Positions 25,662 through 38,260 of a stretch of DNA of 64,000 nucleotides are shown here, piece after piece. The number at the start of each line of letters is the position of its first letter. Position 1 is the stretch's first letter. Location of the stretch: NCBI GenBank assembly GCA_951406725.2, contig OX597837.1, positions 35,278,001 to 35,342,000 of the forward strand. The letters run 5' to 3'. Under the pieces are notes generated by a model. It was given only the letters and a program-made list of their open reading frames with translations. It made no database searches and was not told where the DNA came from. The stretch comes from Octopus vulgaris (lineage: Eukaryota). The translations under genes and the position numbers were made by a program.

Positions 25662-26382
25662 GTGGTGGTGGTGGTGGTGTTGTTGTGGTCAGTGTTGGTG
25701 TTGCCGTTGCTTAGCCCCAGGTCTGACCTAATTTAGTAACAACACATGATCAAACAGTGATTGTGGTGTTGTTAGTAGTGATGGTCATGACGACAATGGA
25801 AGTGTTTTTGTTGTTGTTATTGTTGTTGTTGTTGTTGTTGTTGTTGCTGCTGCTGCTGCTGCTGCATCTGCTGCCACAGCTGCTGCCGATGCCGATGATG
25901 ATGATGCTCAATGATGATGATGATGATGATGATGATGCTCAAAAGCATTTCCTCCATCTTTACATTCTGAGTTCAAATCCTGGATATTAAAAAGGTCTAC
26001 AACCATGGCTACAAGTATTTGTTTGGCTCGCAAGAAATAATAGTCAAATCTCCCTCAAACTACATTTCGACCATCTTTAAGGAAAGGCATGGCACATTTA
26101 ATGATATAGTCCAAGGTATACTATACTTAGAAAAGTTAAATAGACTGGACTGCATGGCCGTCAGCTGATTGGCTTTTGTCTTGAGTTCTGCTCCAGCATG
26201 GCAGACCTGGGATTCAACAACAACAACAGAAACACTTTTCCTTTTTTAATTGTTTCAGTCATTGAACTGTGGCCATGCTAGAGCACCACTGCAGCCATGT
26301 TGGGGCACCACTGTGACCATACTGGGGCACCACTCTCAAGAGGTAAGTTGGACAAATCAACCCTAGTATTTATTTTGAGTCT

Positions 26383-26800
26383 AGGCGCAGGAGTGGCTAT
26401 GTGGTAAGTAGCTTGCTTACCAACCACATGGTTCCGGGTTCAGTTCCACTGCATGGCATCTTGGGTATGTGTCTTCTACTATAGCCTTGGGCCGACCAAT
26501 GCCTTGTGAGTGGATTTGGTAGACGGAAATTGAAAGAAGCCCGTCGTATATATGTATATATATATATATGTGTGTGTGTGTGTGATTGTATGTTTGTGTG
26601 TCTGTGTTTATCCCCCTAGCATTGCTTGACAACCGATGCTGGTGTGTTTACGTCCCCGTCACTTAGCGGTTCGGCAAAAGAGACTGATAGAATAAGTACT
26701 GGGCTTACAAAGAATAAGTCCGGGGTCGATTTGCTCGACTAAAAAGGCGGTGCTCCAGCATGGCCACAGTCAAATGACTGAAACAAGTAAAAGAGTGAAA
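26383..26800 (+). mobile_element. Full-length SINE family A copy, followed by an inverted partial copy (~26810-27110)
   Basis: Matches 5486-5885. Confidence 0.85.
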
Positions 26801-27856
26801 AAACAGAGTATTCTATTGCTCTCTTTTGCTGAAATGCTGGGTTGCAGGGATGTAAACAAACCAGCACCAGTTGTCAAGCGGTGATGAGGGGACAAAATAC
26901 AAACACAATAACTCATGCACACACACACACACACACGTGCATACGGTGGGCTTCTTTCAGTTTGCAGCTAACAAATCCATTCGCAAGGTTTTAGTTAACA
27001 TTTGGCAATAATAAAATAAAAATTCTTGCTCAAGGTGCCTCCCTGTGGAACTGAACCCAAGACAATATGGTTAAGAAGCAAGCTTCTTTAACCACACGCC
27101 TACTCCTGTGAATATGTCATTTTCCTTCTCCCTGTTACTAATATCATTCTAGAACTCAGTGAAGCAAGCTGTACTCCCCTGCGTTACACAAATATGTCAA
27201 GGTGGACTAGGCCACTGAGAGTGAAGTATGTTGACCAGTAACACATTCTGATTTTCATGACAGGATGTGCAACAATGACCCTTGGGCTGCTAGCTTGGCA
27301 TTGCATCAAATAAACCAGCTGGAAATCTTGCAAATAAAATGTGTGTGTGTGTAGAGGTGTGTGTGTGTTGTGTGTGTAGGTGTCCTTGCATGCATGCCTG
27401 TGCATGCGTGCGTGTACATATGTGTGTACATGTATGCATGTATATATATATGTATATACATATATATATATATGCATGTACATATGTATATATATATGTA
27501 TGCATGTATCTATGTATATATGTATGCCGGGCCGTTCGCCAGCCTCGTCTGGCACCTGTGTCGGTGGCACATAAGAAAACACCATCCGAGCATGGCCGTC
27601 TGCCAGCCTCGTCTGGCACCTGTGTCGGTGGCACATAAGAAAACACCATCCGAGCGTGGCCGTTTGCCAGCCTCGTCTAGCACCTGTGTCGGTGGCACAT
27701 AAAATCACCCATTACACTCTCGGAGTGGTTGGCGTTAGGAAGGGCATCCAGCTGTAGAAAAACTGCCAGATCAGACTGGCCTGGTGCAGTCTTCGGGCTC
27801 CCCAGACCCCAGTTGAACCGTCCAACCCATGCTAGCATGGAAAGCGGACGTTAAAC

Positions 27857-27925
<69 letters not shown>

Positions 27926-27963
27926 CATATATATATATATATATATATCTGTGTGTGTGTGTG

Positions 27964-28007
<44 letters not shown>

Positions 28008-28375
28008 TAAAAACATGCACACACACACACACACACATACATTTCCCCTGCTGCTTCCTTGCCTCTCATTTTCATTTCTGTTTCTCACCCCCACCACACA
28101 ACCCCCTACCTTCATCCCCATCCAAAAGTTTATTTGGGACAGAGATATATAGACACATAAACAACAAATATATGCATTCTCACATATGCATATCTCAAGA
28201 CACACACACACACACATTTATATATCCCCCCCACACAGAGATATATATGCATGCATATACGCATAGATATATATGAAAGTGGTGCCCCAGCATGGCCACT
28301 TTCTAATGGCTCAAACAAGCAAAAGAATAAAAGAATATACCCAAATGTGTATATATATATACCTATATATACATA

Positions 28376-28760
28376 CTAGCAGTATCGCCCGGCATTGCTC
28401 GGGTTTGTAAGGGAAATAACTATAAAGCATTTTTAGAGAGTTATAGCCAAAAAATAGCAAAAAAAATGGGAAAAAAATGATGGTAAATTTTTTTTGAGAG
28501 TTAAAAAGGTCGAGTTGCGTCCCCTAGACAGTCTGTGGTTTGTGTTTCTGATTGTCGACCCCATGTCGAATTTATCGACCTTTTTCAGAACTGGGGGAAC
28601 TTTTCAAAATTTTCGCTGCGTTAGTTTTGAATTATGACATTGGGCTATGTGTGTGTCAAGTTTCATCAGAATCGGTTGAAAGCCGTGGTCAGGGTGAGGG
28701 TACAACCTAACAGACACACAGACACGCACACAGACAAACTGCCGTTTATATAGAGAGAGA
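28376..28760 (-). mobile_element. Complete non-autonomous Helitron
   Basis: Minus strand: A|TCTCTCTCTATATAAAC ... hairpin CCCGAGCAATGCCGGG ... CTAG|T. Confidence 0.8.
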
Positions 28761-28765
28761 TATAT

Positions 28766-28819
<54 letters not shown>

Positions 28820-28900
28820 CAATTGCAGCGTGGAAGGTGTTTATAAGCCATTTAAGAAACGCACAAAAACCGTTAGATTCACTTCAACATTTAAATGTAA

Positions 28901-28951
28901 TTTGTCAAAATATTTTCATCGCTTTGAAACCGCGACCTGTTCACTGACAAA
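28901..28951 (-). ncRNA. Minimal type I hammerhead-like motif with compensatory G3:C8 core
   Basis: TTTGTCA-GTGAACA-G-GTCGC(GGTTTCAAA)GCGAT-GAAAA(TA)TTT-TGACAAA, inside an inverted-repeat element (arms ~28818-28870/28960-29012) next to (TA)n. Confidence 0.65.
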
Positions 28952-29199
28952 ACTTCGAAGTTTTTGTGTGTTTCTTAAATGGCATATAAGCACCTTCCAC
29001 ACTGCAACTGTTTCCATTCCAGCTCACGATCTCAGATCAGATCACTTGCTATGCAAGTACATCTCCGTAATATATATCATCATCATCATCATCATCGTCG
29101 TTTAACGTCCGCTTTCCATGCTAGCATGGGTTGGACGGTTCAACTGGGGTCTGGGGAGCCCGAAGGCTGCACCAGGCCAGTCAGATCTGGCAGTGCTTC

Positions 29200-29317
29200 T
29201 ACAGCTGGATGCCCTTCCTAACGCCAACCACTCCGAGAGTGTAGTGGGTGATTGTATGTGCCACATACAATCACCCACTACACTCTCGGAGTGGTTGGCG
29301 TTAGGAAGGGCATCCAG

Positions 29318-29322
<5 letters not shown>
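29200..29322. repeat. Perfect palindrome (61-nt arms, 1-nt loop) made of SINE family D sequence, abutting (TA)n
   Basis: Arms 29200-29260 and 29262-29322 read as exact reverse complements. Confidence 0.9.
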
Positions 29323-29360
<38 letters not shown>

Positions 29361-29380
29361 CATATATATACAGATATATG

Positions 29381-29417
<37 letters not shown>

Positions 29418-29425
29418 TATACAGA

Positions 29426-29469
<44 letters not shown>

Positions 29470-29659
29470 CATATATATACAGATATATGTAATATATATA
29501 TATATATATATACACACACATATTGATGGTAGCCAGAGGTGTCTATGGAGTTGATGTTATCTAAATGACTATGAGGGACGTTTTTATCTCTAGGCTGGAG
29601 AGCAGCACTTTCTTTATTGCCGTAATTTGAAGAATAAAACAGTGGTGAGTGCAAATACA

Positions 29660-29707
<48 letters not shown>

Positions 29708-30914
29708 CACACTAATATGCATATATGTTTGCCTGTATGCATGTATGTAAAAGCACACAGCTGACTGGGTGGTTAGGGTGTTGCACTCACCATCATTAGA
29801 TTCTAGTTTTGACTCAGCGAACAGCTGTATTATTGTGTTTTTCAGCAAAACACAATATATATATGTTTGTTTATGTGTGTATGTGTGCTTGTCTATGTAT
29901 GTTCGTAAGTGTATGTGTGTGTGCACAATATCTTAATATGAATGTGAGTGATGTTTCTCCGTCCGTTATGGTTTTATGTTCGTTAACTCCTCCCAGACCG
30001 TTGGTGCAAGGACAATGAAACTCAAACCAGCAACTCCCCTTATCCCAGGGAATGTCCTAAGGGGATCTATTTTTTAAGGACTGCCTAATTGGGGCACCCC
30101 TGACCCCCACCCCACCACCACCACCACCACCACCCCTGCCCTATTTTTACTGCATTTTAAACTAAATACATGGCATTAACGACCAAATCAGAGCAATGAT
30201 AATTAATTTCATACCATGAACTCCCAGGGAGTATCATAAGGAGGTTCAATTTCTGAAAGGCCGCTTAAGTGGGGCCCCGCTAACACCCCTATTTTTACTG
30301 CATTTACCTCACTCCTACACTTATTGATTAAACTATGATCAGCATCACTGCTTGGCACATTTGCAGAAAAAAGCTTCATTACACAAGAGTAGAGGGCTGA
30401 AAAACAACCCAGTTGTAGGGCCAAAGGCCCCCAAATATACCCTCCACAGGATCTAGCTTGAATGCCACCCAAAGAGTAGCTTCAAGGTTAGTGTGTATGT
30501 AAATACATATATATGTGTTCCACACTCAATGTCTCAGTTTTTCGACTTAATATTGTGATAATAAACATACACAAATTAATACCTAGAGGCAAATATACAT
30601 AGTCAATAGTACATTATATTACTTCATAATAGTTTCTAAAGTGTCATTAAAGTTTGTATCATTATCATTGTGAATACCATTAATGTTATCATTGTTATCA
30701 TTCATAATATTATTAATAACTCTTACATTATGATCCAGAGCGGAATATATGTATGTCCGTGTTCCAGTTAATAATTTTCCTTGTATTTATATTCTCTTTT
30801 ATATATATTCTACTTATTATACAACATTACTCTTTTATGTACACTTTTTTATGTACATTCCTTTATGTACACTGATTTGTCCTGCTTTTTATATTTAACC
30901 CTACAGTCTCTTAT

Positions 30915-31173
30915 GTGGAGGTTTAATAAAGTATGTGATTGAGTATTATCTGGTAATTGATTTTTGATTTAGATGTATTTCTCCATTTTCTTATCTTGTA
31001 TTAGTAATTTGTGGTAAATCATTTTACCTTTGCCCATATAATACAGTAAATGAATTGATTACATCGCAATCCTTAACATTTATGTATTAACTGTGTTGGG
31101 TACTTCACTAGCAGTATATTGGATATATGTTATCCCATGGAGGGTTGCATCATTTACAACCCCTATCTCAATT

Positions 31174-31176
<3 letters not shown>
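30915..31176. repeat. Unclassified interspersed repeat ending at (TA)n; second copy 42560-42815
   Basis: Near-identical sequence at both places. Possibly a Penelope-like terminus (inference from context). Confidence 0.7.
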
Positions 31177-31212
<36 letters not shown>

Positions 31213-31332
31213 CAATTTAGGAGTGACCCTAACAGGTCATTCGTCCACCAGAAAGAGCAGCCATAACTCACACCGCCAAGTAGTAGTAATTCAGAAATTA
31301 GGTGAAAATTCAAAAACATTTACCCTAATTCA

Positions 31333-31434
31333 TCTTTTAGACGATGCATCGTTTCTGTGTCATTAATGATTAAATTAGCTTAATTAAATTAAATTAAGCT
31401 AATCTACCATAGGTTACACTTCATCAGTAAAAAA
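31333..31434 (-). ncRNA. Type I hammerhead ribozyme motif with canonical core and extended stem II
   Basis: TTTTTTA-CTGATGA-AGTGT...ATTAGCTTAATT(TAATTT)AATTAAGCTAAT...ACACA-GAAACGAT(GC)ATCGTC-TAAAAGA; GUC triplet at 31342-31340. Confidence 0.75.
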
Positions 31435-31618
31435 CCTGGGAGAGACAAATATACACGAGGCGTCTGTATCGATGCCTACGGAATATCTGTCTTAAAATTT
31501 TCAAGACTGACGTATTCGCGCCAAACTTATCAGCAGTAAATATAAACTGCCGATTCAATCTCAGAATTATTCAGAAAATTATCAATTAGTCAATTTAGGG
31601 TAAATTACCCTAAATTGA

Positions 31619-31657
<39 letters not shown>

Positions 31658-31984
31658 ACAATATTTATAATAAGCTTATAACTAAGATGCATAGCATTAC
31701 CTTCAATTCTTTTGATATATATACACACACAAATTCCGCCAAGGTCAACTTTGCCTTTCATCCTTTCGGGGTCGATAAATTAAGTACCAGTTATGCACTG
31801 GGGTCAATGTAATCAACTTAAACCCTTTGTCTGTCCTTCTTTGTCCTCTCTATGTTTAGCCCCCACCCCACTCCTGTGGGCAATAAAGAAATAAATATAT
31901 ATACACACACATATAAACGTATGATTGATTGATTGATTGATTCTAGTTTCAGCTTATGAGCTGTGGCCATGCTGGGGCACCGCT

Positions 31985-32377
31985 TTTACTTGTTTCAGTC
32001 ATTTGACTGCGGCCATGCTAGAGCACTGCCTTTAGTCGAGTAAATTGACCCCGGGACTTATTCTTTGTAAGCCCAGTACTTATTCTATCGGTCTCTTTTG
32101 CCGAACCGCTAAGTGACGGGGACCTAAACACACCAGCATTGGTTGTCAAGCAATGCTAGGGGGACAAACACAGACACACAAACACATACACACACACATA
32201 CACATATATACATATATACGACGGGCTTCTTTCAGTTTCCGTCTACCAAATCCACTCACAAGGAATTGGTCGACCCGGGGCTATAGCAGAAGACACTTGC
32301 CCAAGATGCCACGCAATGGGACTGAACCCGGAACCATGTGGTTGGTTAGCAAGCTCCTTACCACACAGCCACTCCTC
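31985..32377 (-). mobile_element. SINE family A copy
   Basis: Reverse complement of the family A sequence. Confidence 0.85.
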
Positions 32378-32810
32378 ATTATTCAGTTTTATTTCAAGGT
32401 TTTCTTCCCAAAAGAGAAAGAGTCGGTTTCTACCCTAAATCTAAGGCTCCTTTCGTAGGAATTTAGACAACATCAAGAGGATATTTTTGTATGTATGTAT
32501 ACATGCAGATTTGTATGTTTTATTTTATGTATGTATTCTCATGCATATAGTTGCATCTCCAGACATGCTCATATATACTTTGATGATAAACTTCTGGAAA
32601 GTTTTACAGATTTTTACAGTTCCACTGGTGACTTGGATCTGTAGTTTCGGAACCAACTTTCTCCTTTCTGGTTTTAAGAAGCCAGATTTCTCAAGACTGG
32701 TATTTAGGCAGTGTGTTACTTATCCCATGGCCCAAATAATTACAGGTATAAACTTGAACTTGTAATCTGGATAGAGTAACTGCAGATTTCTCATTAGTTC
32801 AGCATAGGTA
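32378..32810 (-). mobile_element. Second copy of the R4/Dong-like RLE retrotransposon 3' end
   Basis: TYAELMRNLQLLYPDYKFKFIPVIIWAMG*VTHCL...LQIQVTSGTVKICKTF plus the same 3' UTR as 300-985. Confidence 0.7.
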
Positions 32811-33056
32811 TGTATGTATGTATGTGTGTATGTACGTATGTGTGTATGTATGTATGTATGTACGTATGTATGTATGTATGTATGTATGTATGTGTGTGTG
32901 TGTGTATATATGTGTATGTGTGTGTGTATGTATATATGTGTGTATTTATGTATGTATGTATGTATGTATGTATGTATGTATTATATATATTTGTATGTGT
33001 GTATGTATGTATATATGTATGTATGTACAGACAGACAGATAGATAGATTAGCAGGC

Positions 33057-33098
<42 letters not shown>

Positions 33099-33104
33099 AT
33101 AGAT

Positions 33105-33135
<31 letters not shown>

Positions 33136-33180
33136 TAGGTAGATAGACGGACAGACAGACAGACAGACGGACATATAAAC

Positions 33181-33219
<39 letters not shown>

Positions 33220-33354
33220 CAGACAGAGAAATAGATAAAGGATAGAGATCCTTCCTGAGTCATATAAACACATAGGGGTAGTTTCCTAGGTTCCCTAGCA
33301 TATATATCCCCTCCCCCATCCCCACTCTGGACTGGACACCGGTCCATTGCAGGA

Positions 33355-33540
33355 TTAGTATCTTTTCCTTTTGATGGACGGAATTCAACACAATTTCTAG
33401 TTAACCAAACAATTTGAAACTTCGTATACTGGTAGAATGTGTCAAAATAAAACATTATTTTCGTTTGGCTTTTTTGATGAATTTGTAATTTGTAAGTTTA
33501 ACGTAGTTTAATTCTTCGAATTTTAACCAATGAATTGCCA
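33355..33540. repeat. Unclassified interspersed repeat fragment (probable DNA-transposon MITE); longer copy ~56240-56620
   Basis: Shared AAACAATTTGAAACTTCGTATACTGGTAGAATGTGTCAAAA...CGAATTTTAACCAATG. Confidence 0.55.
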
Positions 33541-33919
33541 GGCCAGCTGAGTGGACTGGAGCAAAGTGAAACAAAGTGTTCAGCTCAAGAACACAATGCA
33601 CCACCCAGTCCAGGAATTGAAACCACAATCATCAGTCCAATATCCTAACTACTTAGCCACATGCCTCCACACACACCCTGTTTATCATTCTATTTAGGTA
33701 AGATCAGTAAAAGTGCTCCATCCAGGTGAAAGATAAATATCATTTAAAGTACACATTGTGAAGATAAGAGCTATAATTAGTTTCTTGCTGTGAAGACATG
33801 TGGCTAGCTCACATGCACACACACAAAGATATATGTATAAAATGCAGAAATGTGCACATACACACACATATAAACACATAAACATGCATAAAAATATAAT
33901 CACACACATATATATATAT

Positions 33920-34008
33920 AGGGAGAGTTTATGTAAAAAACAAAAGACGAAGACAGGTGGTGTACAAAACAAACAGATGTATTAGTATAACGCTCAGGAA
34001 TAGAAAAA

Positions 34009-34046
<38 letters not shown>

Positions 34047-34172
34047 AGAGTTTACGAAAAAAACAAAAGACGAAGACAGGTGGTGTACAAAACAAACAGA
34101 TGTATTAGTATAACGCTCAGGAATAGAAAAAGTCTTTTACGTTTCGAGCCTACGCTCTTCTACAGAAAGGGA
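33920..34172 (-). mobile_element. Tandem partial duplicate of a Penelope-like terminal segment split by (TA)n; HHR-like motif at 34133-34170
   Basis: 33920-34010 is repeated at 34043-34133. The minus strand reads CCTTT-CTGTAGA-A-GAGC(GTAG)GCTC-GAAAC-GTA-AAAGA; homologous to ~8987-9115. Confidence 0.6.
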
Positions 34173-34409
34173 CGTATATATGTATATATATATATGTATG
34201 TGTGTCTGTGTTTGTCCCTCTAGCATTGCTTGACTACCGATGCTGGTGTGTTTATGTCCCTGTCACTTAGTGGTTCGGCAAAAAGAGACCGATAGAATAA
34301 GTACTAGGCTTACAAAGAATAAGTCCCGGGGTCGAGTTGCTCGATTAAAGGCGGTGCTCCAGCATGGCCGCAGTCAAATGACTGAAACAAGTAAAAGGGT
34401 AAAAAGATA

Positions 34410-34782
34410 TCTCTTATATAAAATCCATTCTCTCTGACTGTCTGTGTGTGTGACTTCTACAATCTCAGGCATCCTCCATCCGACTGCGCTCAAATTTGAT
34501 GTGTAGATACCAACGGTATCAGGGCATGTATAAGTCTTGAAAAAATTACAAAAATCGATTCCAGGAGAGAATGCGATCGATAAAGCCGTGGGAAATCGTT
34601 TTTCTTTGGAATAGAAAAAAGTCTATCTTTATTTCTTCTTTTGCTGGTGTCTCAAATTTAGGTTAAATCAGTGTTTCTCAATGGGGAGGCCTATGGGACG
34701 GTCGGACAAGTTGTTTTGAGAAAATTTGGTTTAAATATTTGACATCTCAGCACCGTCCATTGGATGGGGAGCATTTTGCTCG
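34410..34782 (+). mobile_element. Non-autonomous Helitron-like element
   Basis: A|TCTCTTATATAAAA 5' end; 3' hairpin CCGTCCATTGGATGG then CTCG|T. Confidence 0.65.
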
Positions 34783-34794
34783 TATATATATACG

Positions 34795-34842
<48 letters not shown>

Positions 34843-35076
34843 TTATATTTTCTTTATTAATGACAATATGTATTTTAACCAAAGATTCGATGTAAGGTTT
34901 TTTCCTCGACTTTTATAATTTTATATATTTTTTTATATTTCATATTGAGCTCATTTTGGTTTATCTCTCGCATATGACCATTATTTGAAAGGACCAATCA
35001 AACAAGTCCATTTTTAAAGGTGTATCGTTTATACTAGTCTTAATAGAATTGTCATATCGGTTCTATTTTAACAAAA

Positions 35077-35114
35077 CTGTCCAACGAACGGGAACGTGAA
35101 ACTCAGAGTAACAG
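35077..35114 (+). ncRNA. Minimal type I hammerhead-like motif (degenerate core CCAACGA) in an element between (TA)n tracts
   Basis: CTGT-CCAACGA-ACG(GGAA)CGT-GAAACTC(A)GAGTA-ACAG; stem III identical to the motif at 14544-14555. Confidence 0.55.
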
Positions 35115-35147
35115 GTTTCGTTGAATTTCTGCTGCTTTTAAATAAAG

Positions 35148-35184
<37 letters not shown>

Positions 35185-35578
35185 CGTGTGTATGTATGTA
35201 TGTGTGTGTGTTTGTGTATAAACACTCATTTAAATATACATTCACACCTCACACTTCTATACATACCTACACACAAACTAAGGCACATACATGCTTATAC
35301 ATTAAACATAAACACACACATATACACGCATGCAGACACATAAACGAAGTGAAGGTCGGGTGGCGAGGATAACAATGTTTCTTTTTATTTTGTTTCATAT
35401 CTTTTGTTGTATTTTTTTCCCCTCTATATTCCAAGCACTTCAGTTTCGTTCCATTGTTGGTCTGAAGCCATATATTGACCAATGCTGGACTCCTGTGATA
35501 TCAACACTTTTCTATCTATGTAGCCATGAATTCATTTATCTACCAATCTATATATTTTTGTATCTATATATCATTCTG

Positions 35579-35640
<62 letters not shown>

Positions 35641-35777
35641 AAGCTATTTATATATCTATCTATCTGTCTGTCTATCTATCTGTCTATCCATCTATCTGTC
35701 CATCTGTCTGCAGTTTGTCTGTCTCCCATCTACATACTGTGTGTATGCACATATACATATACATTTATATATGTACG

Positions 35778-35829
<52 letters not shown>

Positions 35830-35916
35830 TACATACACATATATATGTTTATTTATAAATATATATATGTATGTGTGTGTGTATTATTTATAAATATATA
35901 TATGTATGTGTGTCTA

Positions 35917-35960
<44 letters not shown>

Positions 35961-36007
35961 TATATGTGTGCATGTGTATGTATGCGTGTATATATATATA
36001 TATACAC

Positions 36008-36054
<47 letters not shown>

Positions 36055-36516
36055 AACATGTATACATATATACACCCTCACCTATTATGGCAACAACAGT
36101 TTATTGTTATGTATTAAACATGACCCAACTCTGAGACCAGCCAAAACACGACAACAACAACAACAACAACAACATGCCACTCTATAAATCTTTAATCAAA
36201 TTCGTCTTCACCTTCTTTAATCAATTCATTCCTCGCCTTCATTCCAACGTTGCCATAGAAAACAACAACAATCTGTTTTTCTCCATCACGTCTTGTGCTC
36301 TCCTTATTATTGTTATTATTGTTGTTGGTGGTGGCGGAGGTGGTGGTGGTGGTGGTGGTGTTGGTGCTGATGTTGTTACTGTTGCTAATGTTATTGTTGG
36401 TGTTGTAAATGTTCTTTGTGTTGCTATTGTAAATATTGTTGTGGTTCTTGTTAATCTTGTTGTTGATGTAGCTGTTATCTTCGTTGTTGTTTAGCCCCAG
36501 GTAAAATCTTGATCAT

Positions 36517-37054
36517 GGAGGCACATGGCCTAGTGGTTATAGCAGCAAACTCGCGGTCGAGGAATCACAGTCGAGGTATCGCGGTCAAGAGATCATGATC
36601 GAGGGCCAAGGAATCGCGGTCAAGGGATCGCAGTCGAGGGTCAAGGGATCGCGGTCGAGGGTTAAGAGATCGTGGTCGAGGAATCGTGGTCGAGGGATTG
36701 CAGTTGAGGGATTGCAGTTGAGGGATTGTGGTCGAGGGATCGCGGTCGAAGTATCGCGGTTGAGGGATCAGGGTTAAGGGTCAAGGGGTCGTGGTTAAGT
36801 GATCGTGGGTTCGAATCTCAGACCAGGTGGTGTGTGTGTTTATGAGTGAAACACCTAAGCTCCACATGGCTCCGGCAGAGGTAATAGTGAAACTTCTGCT
36901 GACTCTTTCGCCACAAATTTATCTCACTCTTTCCGCCTGCAGCTTGCAGCTCACCTGTGACAGACCGGGATCCCATCCAGGTGGGGAACCTATACGCCAA
37001 GGAAACCGGGAAACCGGCCCTTATGAGCCAGGCATGGCTTGAGAAGGAACAAAC
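36517..37054 (+). mobile_element. SINE family C copy with a 14/21-nt minisatellite expanded inside its tRNA head
   Basis: Homologous to 4535-4830 but with ~16 GCGGTCGAGGGATC-type units between the A and B boxes. Confidence 0.85.
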
Positions 37055-37220
37055 GTAATATCTTGATTTTGTTTGTTCCTTCTCAAGCCACGCCTGGCTC
37101 ATAAGGACCGGTTTCCCGGTTTCCTTGGCGTATAGGTTCCCCACCTTATTTATATATATGTATATGTGTGTGTGTGTGTATGTGTATGTATGCAAATATT
37201 TATGAACATACATACATATG

Positions 37221-37275
<55 letters not shown>

Positions 37276-37979
37276 ATGTATATGTATGTGTGTATAGGTG
37301 CAGGCATGACTGTGTGGTAAGAAGCTTGCTTCCCAACCACATGGTTCTAGGTTCAGTCCCACTGCATGGTACCTTGGGATGACCAAAGCCTTTTGAGTGG
37401 ATCTGGTAGATGGAAACTGAAAGAAGCCTTATATATATATATATATATATATACATATATATGTCGTTGCCAGTGCTATGTAAACACCCATAAAAACACC
37501 CATTACACTCCTGGAGTGATTGGCATTAGGAAGGACGTCCAGCTGTAGAATCCATGCCAAATCAGACTGGAACCCGGTGCAGCTCTCCGGCTCATTAGCT
37601 CCAGTCAAACTATTTAACCCATTCCAGCATGAAAAGCTGATGTTAACTGATGATGATGATGATATATATACATATATATATATAAATAGATGTGTGTATT
37701 TTCCCCTTTGTTTGCAATTAACATGGAAAAAATAGATAAACAGTTACCAGGGTAAATAACCAAAACAGTGCATAATTAGAAAATACTCTGAAAATAACTT
37801 AATCCTGAAAGGGAAGAAACTTTAACCTTTCCATTAGACACATCATAATAGACAGAATTTTTTTAAGAGAAAATGTTTTTAGAAATATGGTAAGTATTTT
37901 GTAAAAGACCTGTTCATAACCTGGGTGTGAAATAGTTTTTTCCATAGGTTTCTTTCAAGTGCATTCAATGTATTTCACC

Positions 37980-38260
37980 GCCAAAGATTTGGCCGCTATT
38001 TCTAGCACGCCCTGCTACCACGTAACAGTTATTTTCAATAAAGGACCCAAAATACCTGTTTCATGGTAGCAGGGCGTGCAAGAAATAGCAGCCAAATCTT
38101 TCCTTTACTGGGGAAAGGAGCCATTTATATGTGATTTCAATGTCACATTCATTGAAAGCATGCGAAATAATATGGGAAAGAAAAAACCCACAAAACAAAA
38201 CTCTGTTGCTGGGAAACTCAGACTTCCCCGGTAACCCAATGGGTCACGGGTAGTGTAGTA
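37980..38260 (+). mobile_element. Helitron-like 3' fragment with internal hairpin
   Basis: Hairpin ~37983-38101; ends CCCGGTAACCCAATGGGTCACGGG-TAGTGTAGT; homologous to 8085-8342. Confidence 0.55.

Noticed and set aside
29520-29650. Minus-strand [12 protein letters not shown]... as DCX exon 2
   Set aside because: No AG acceptor at the required position.
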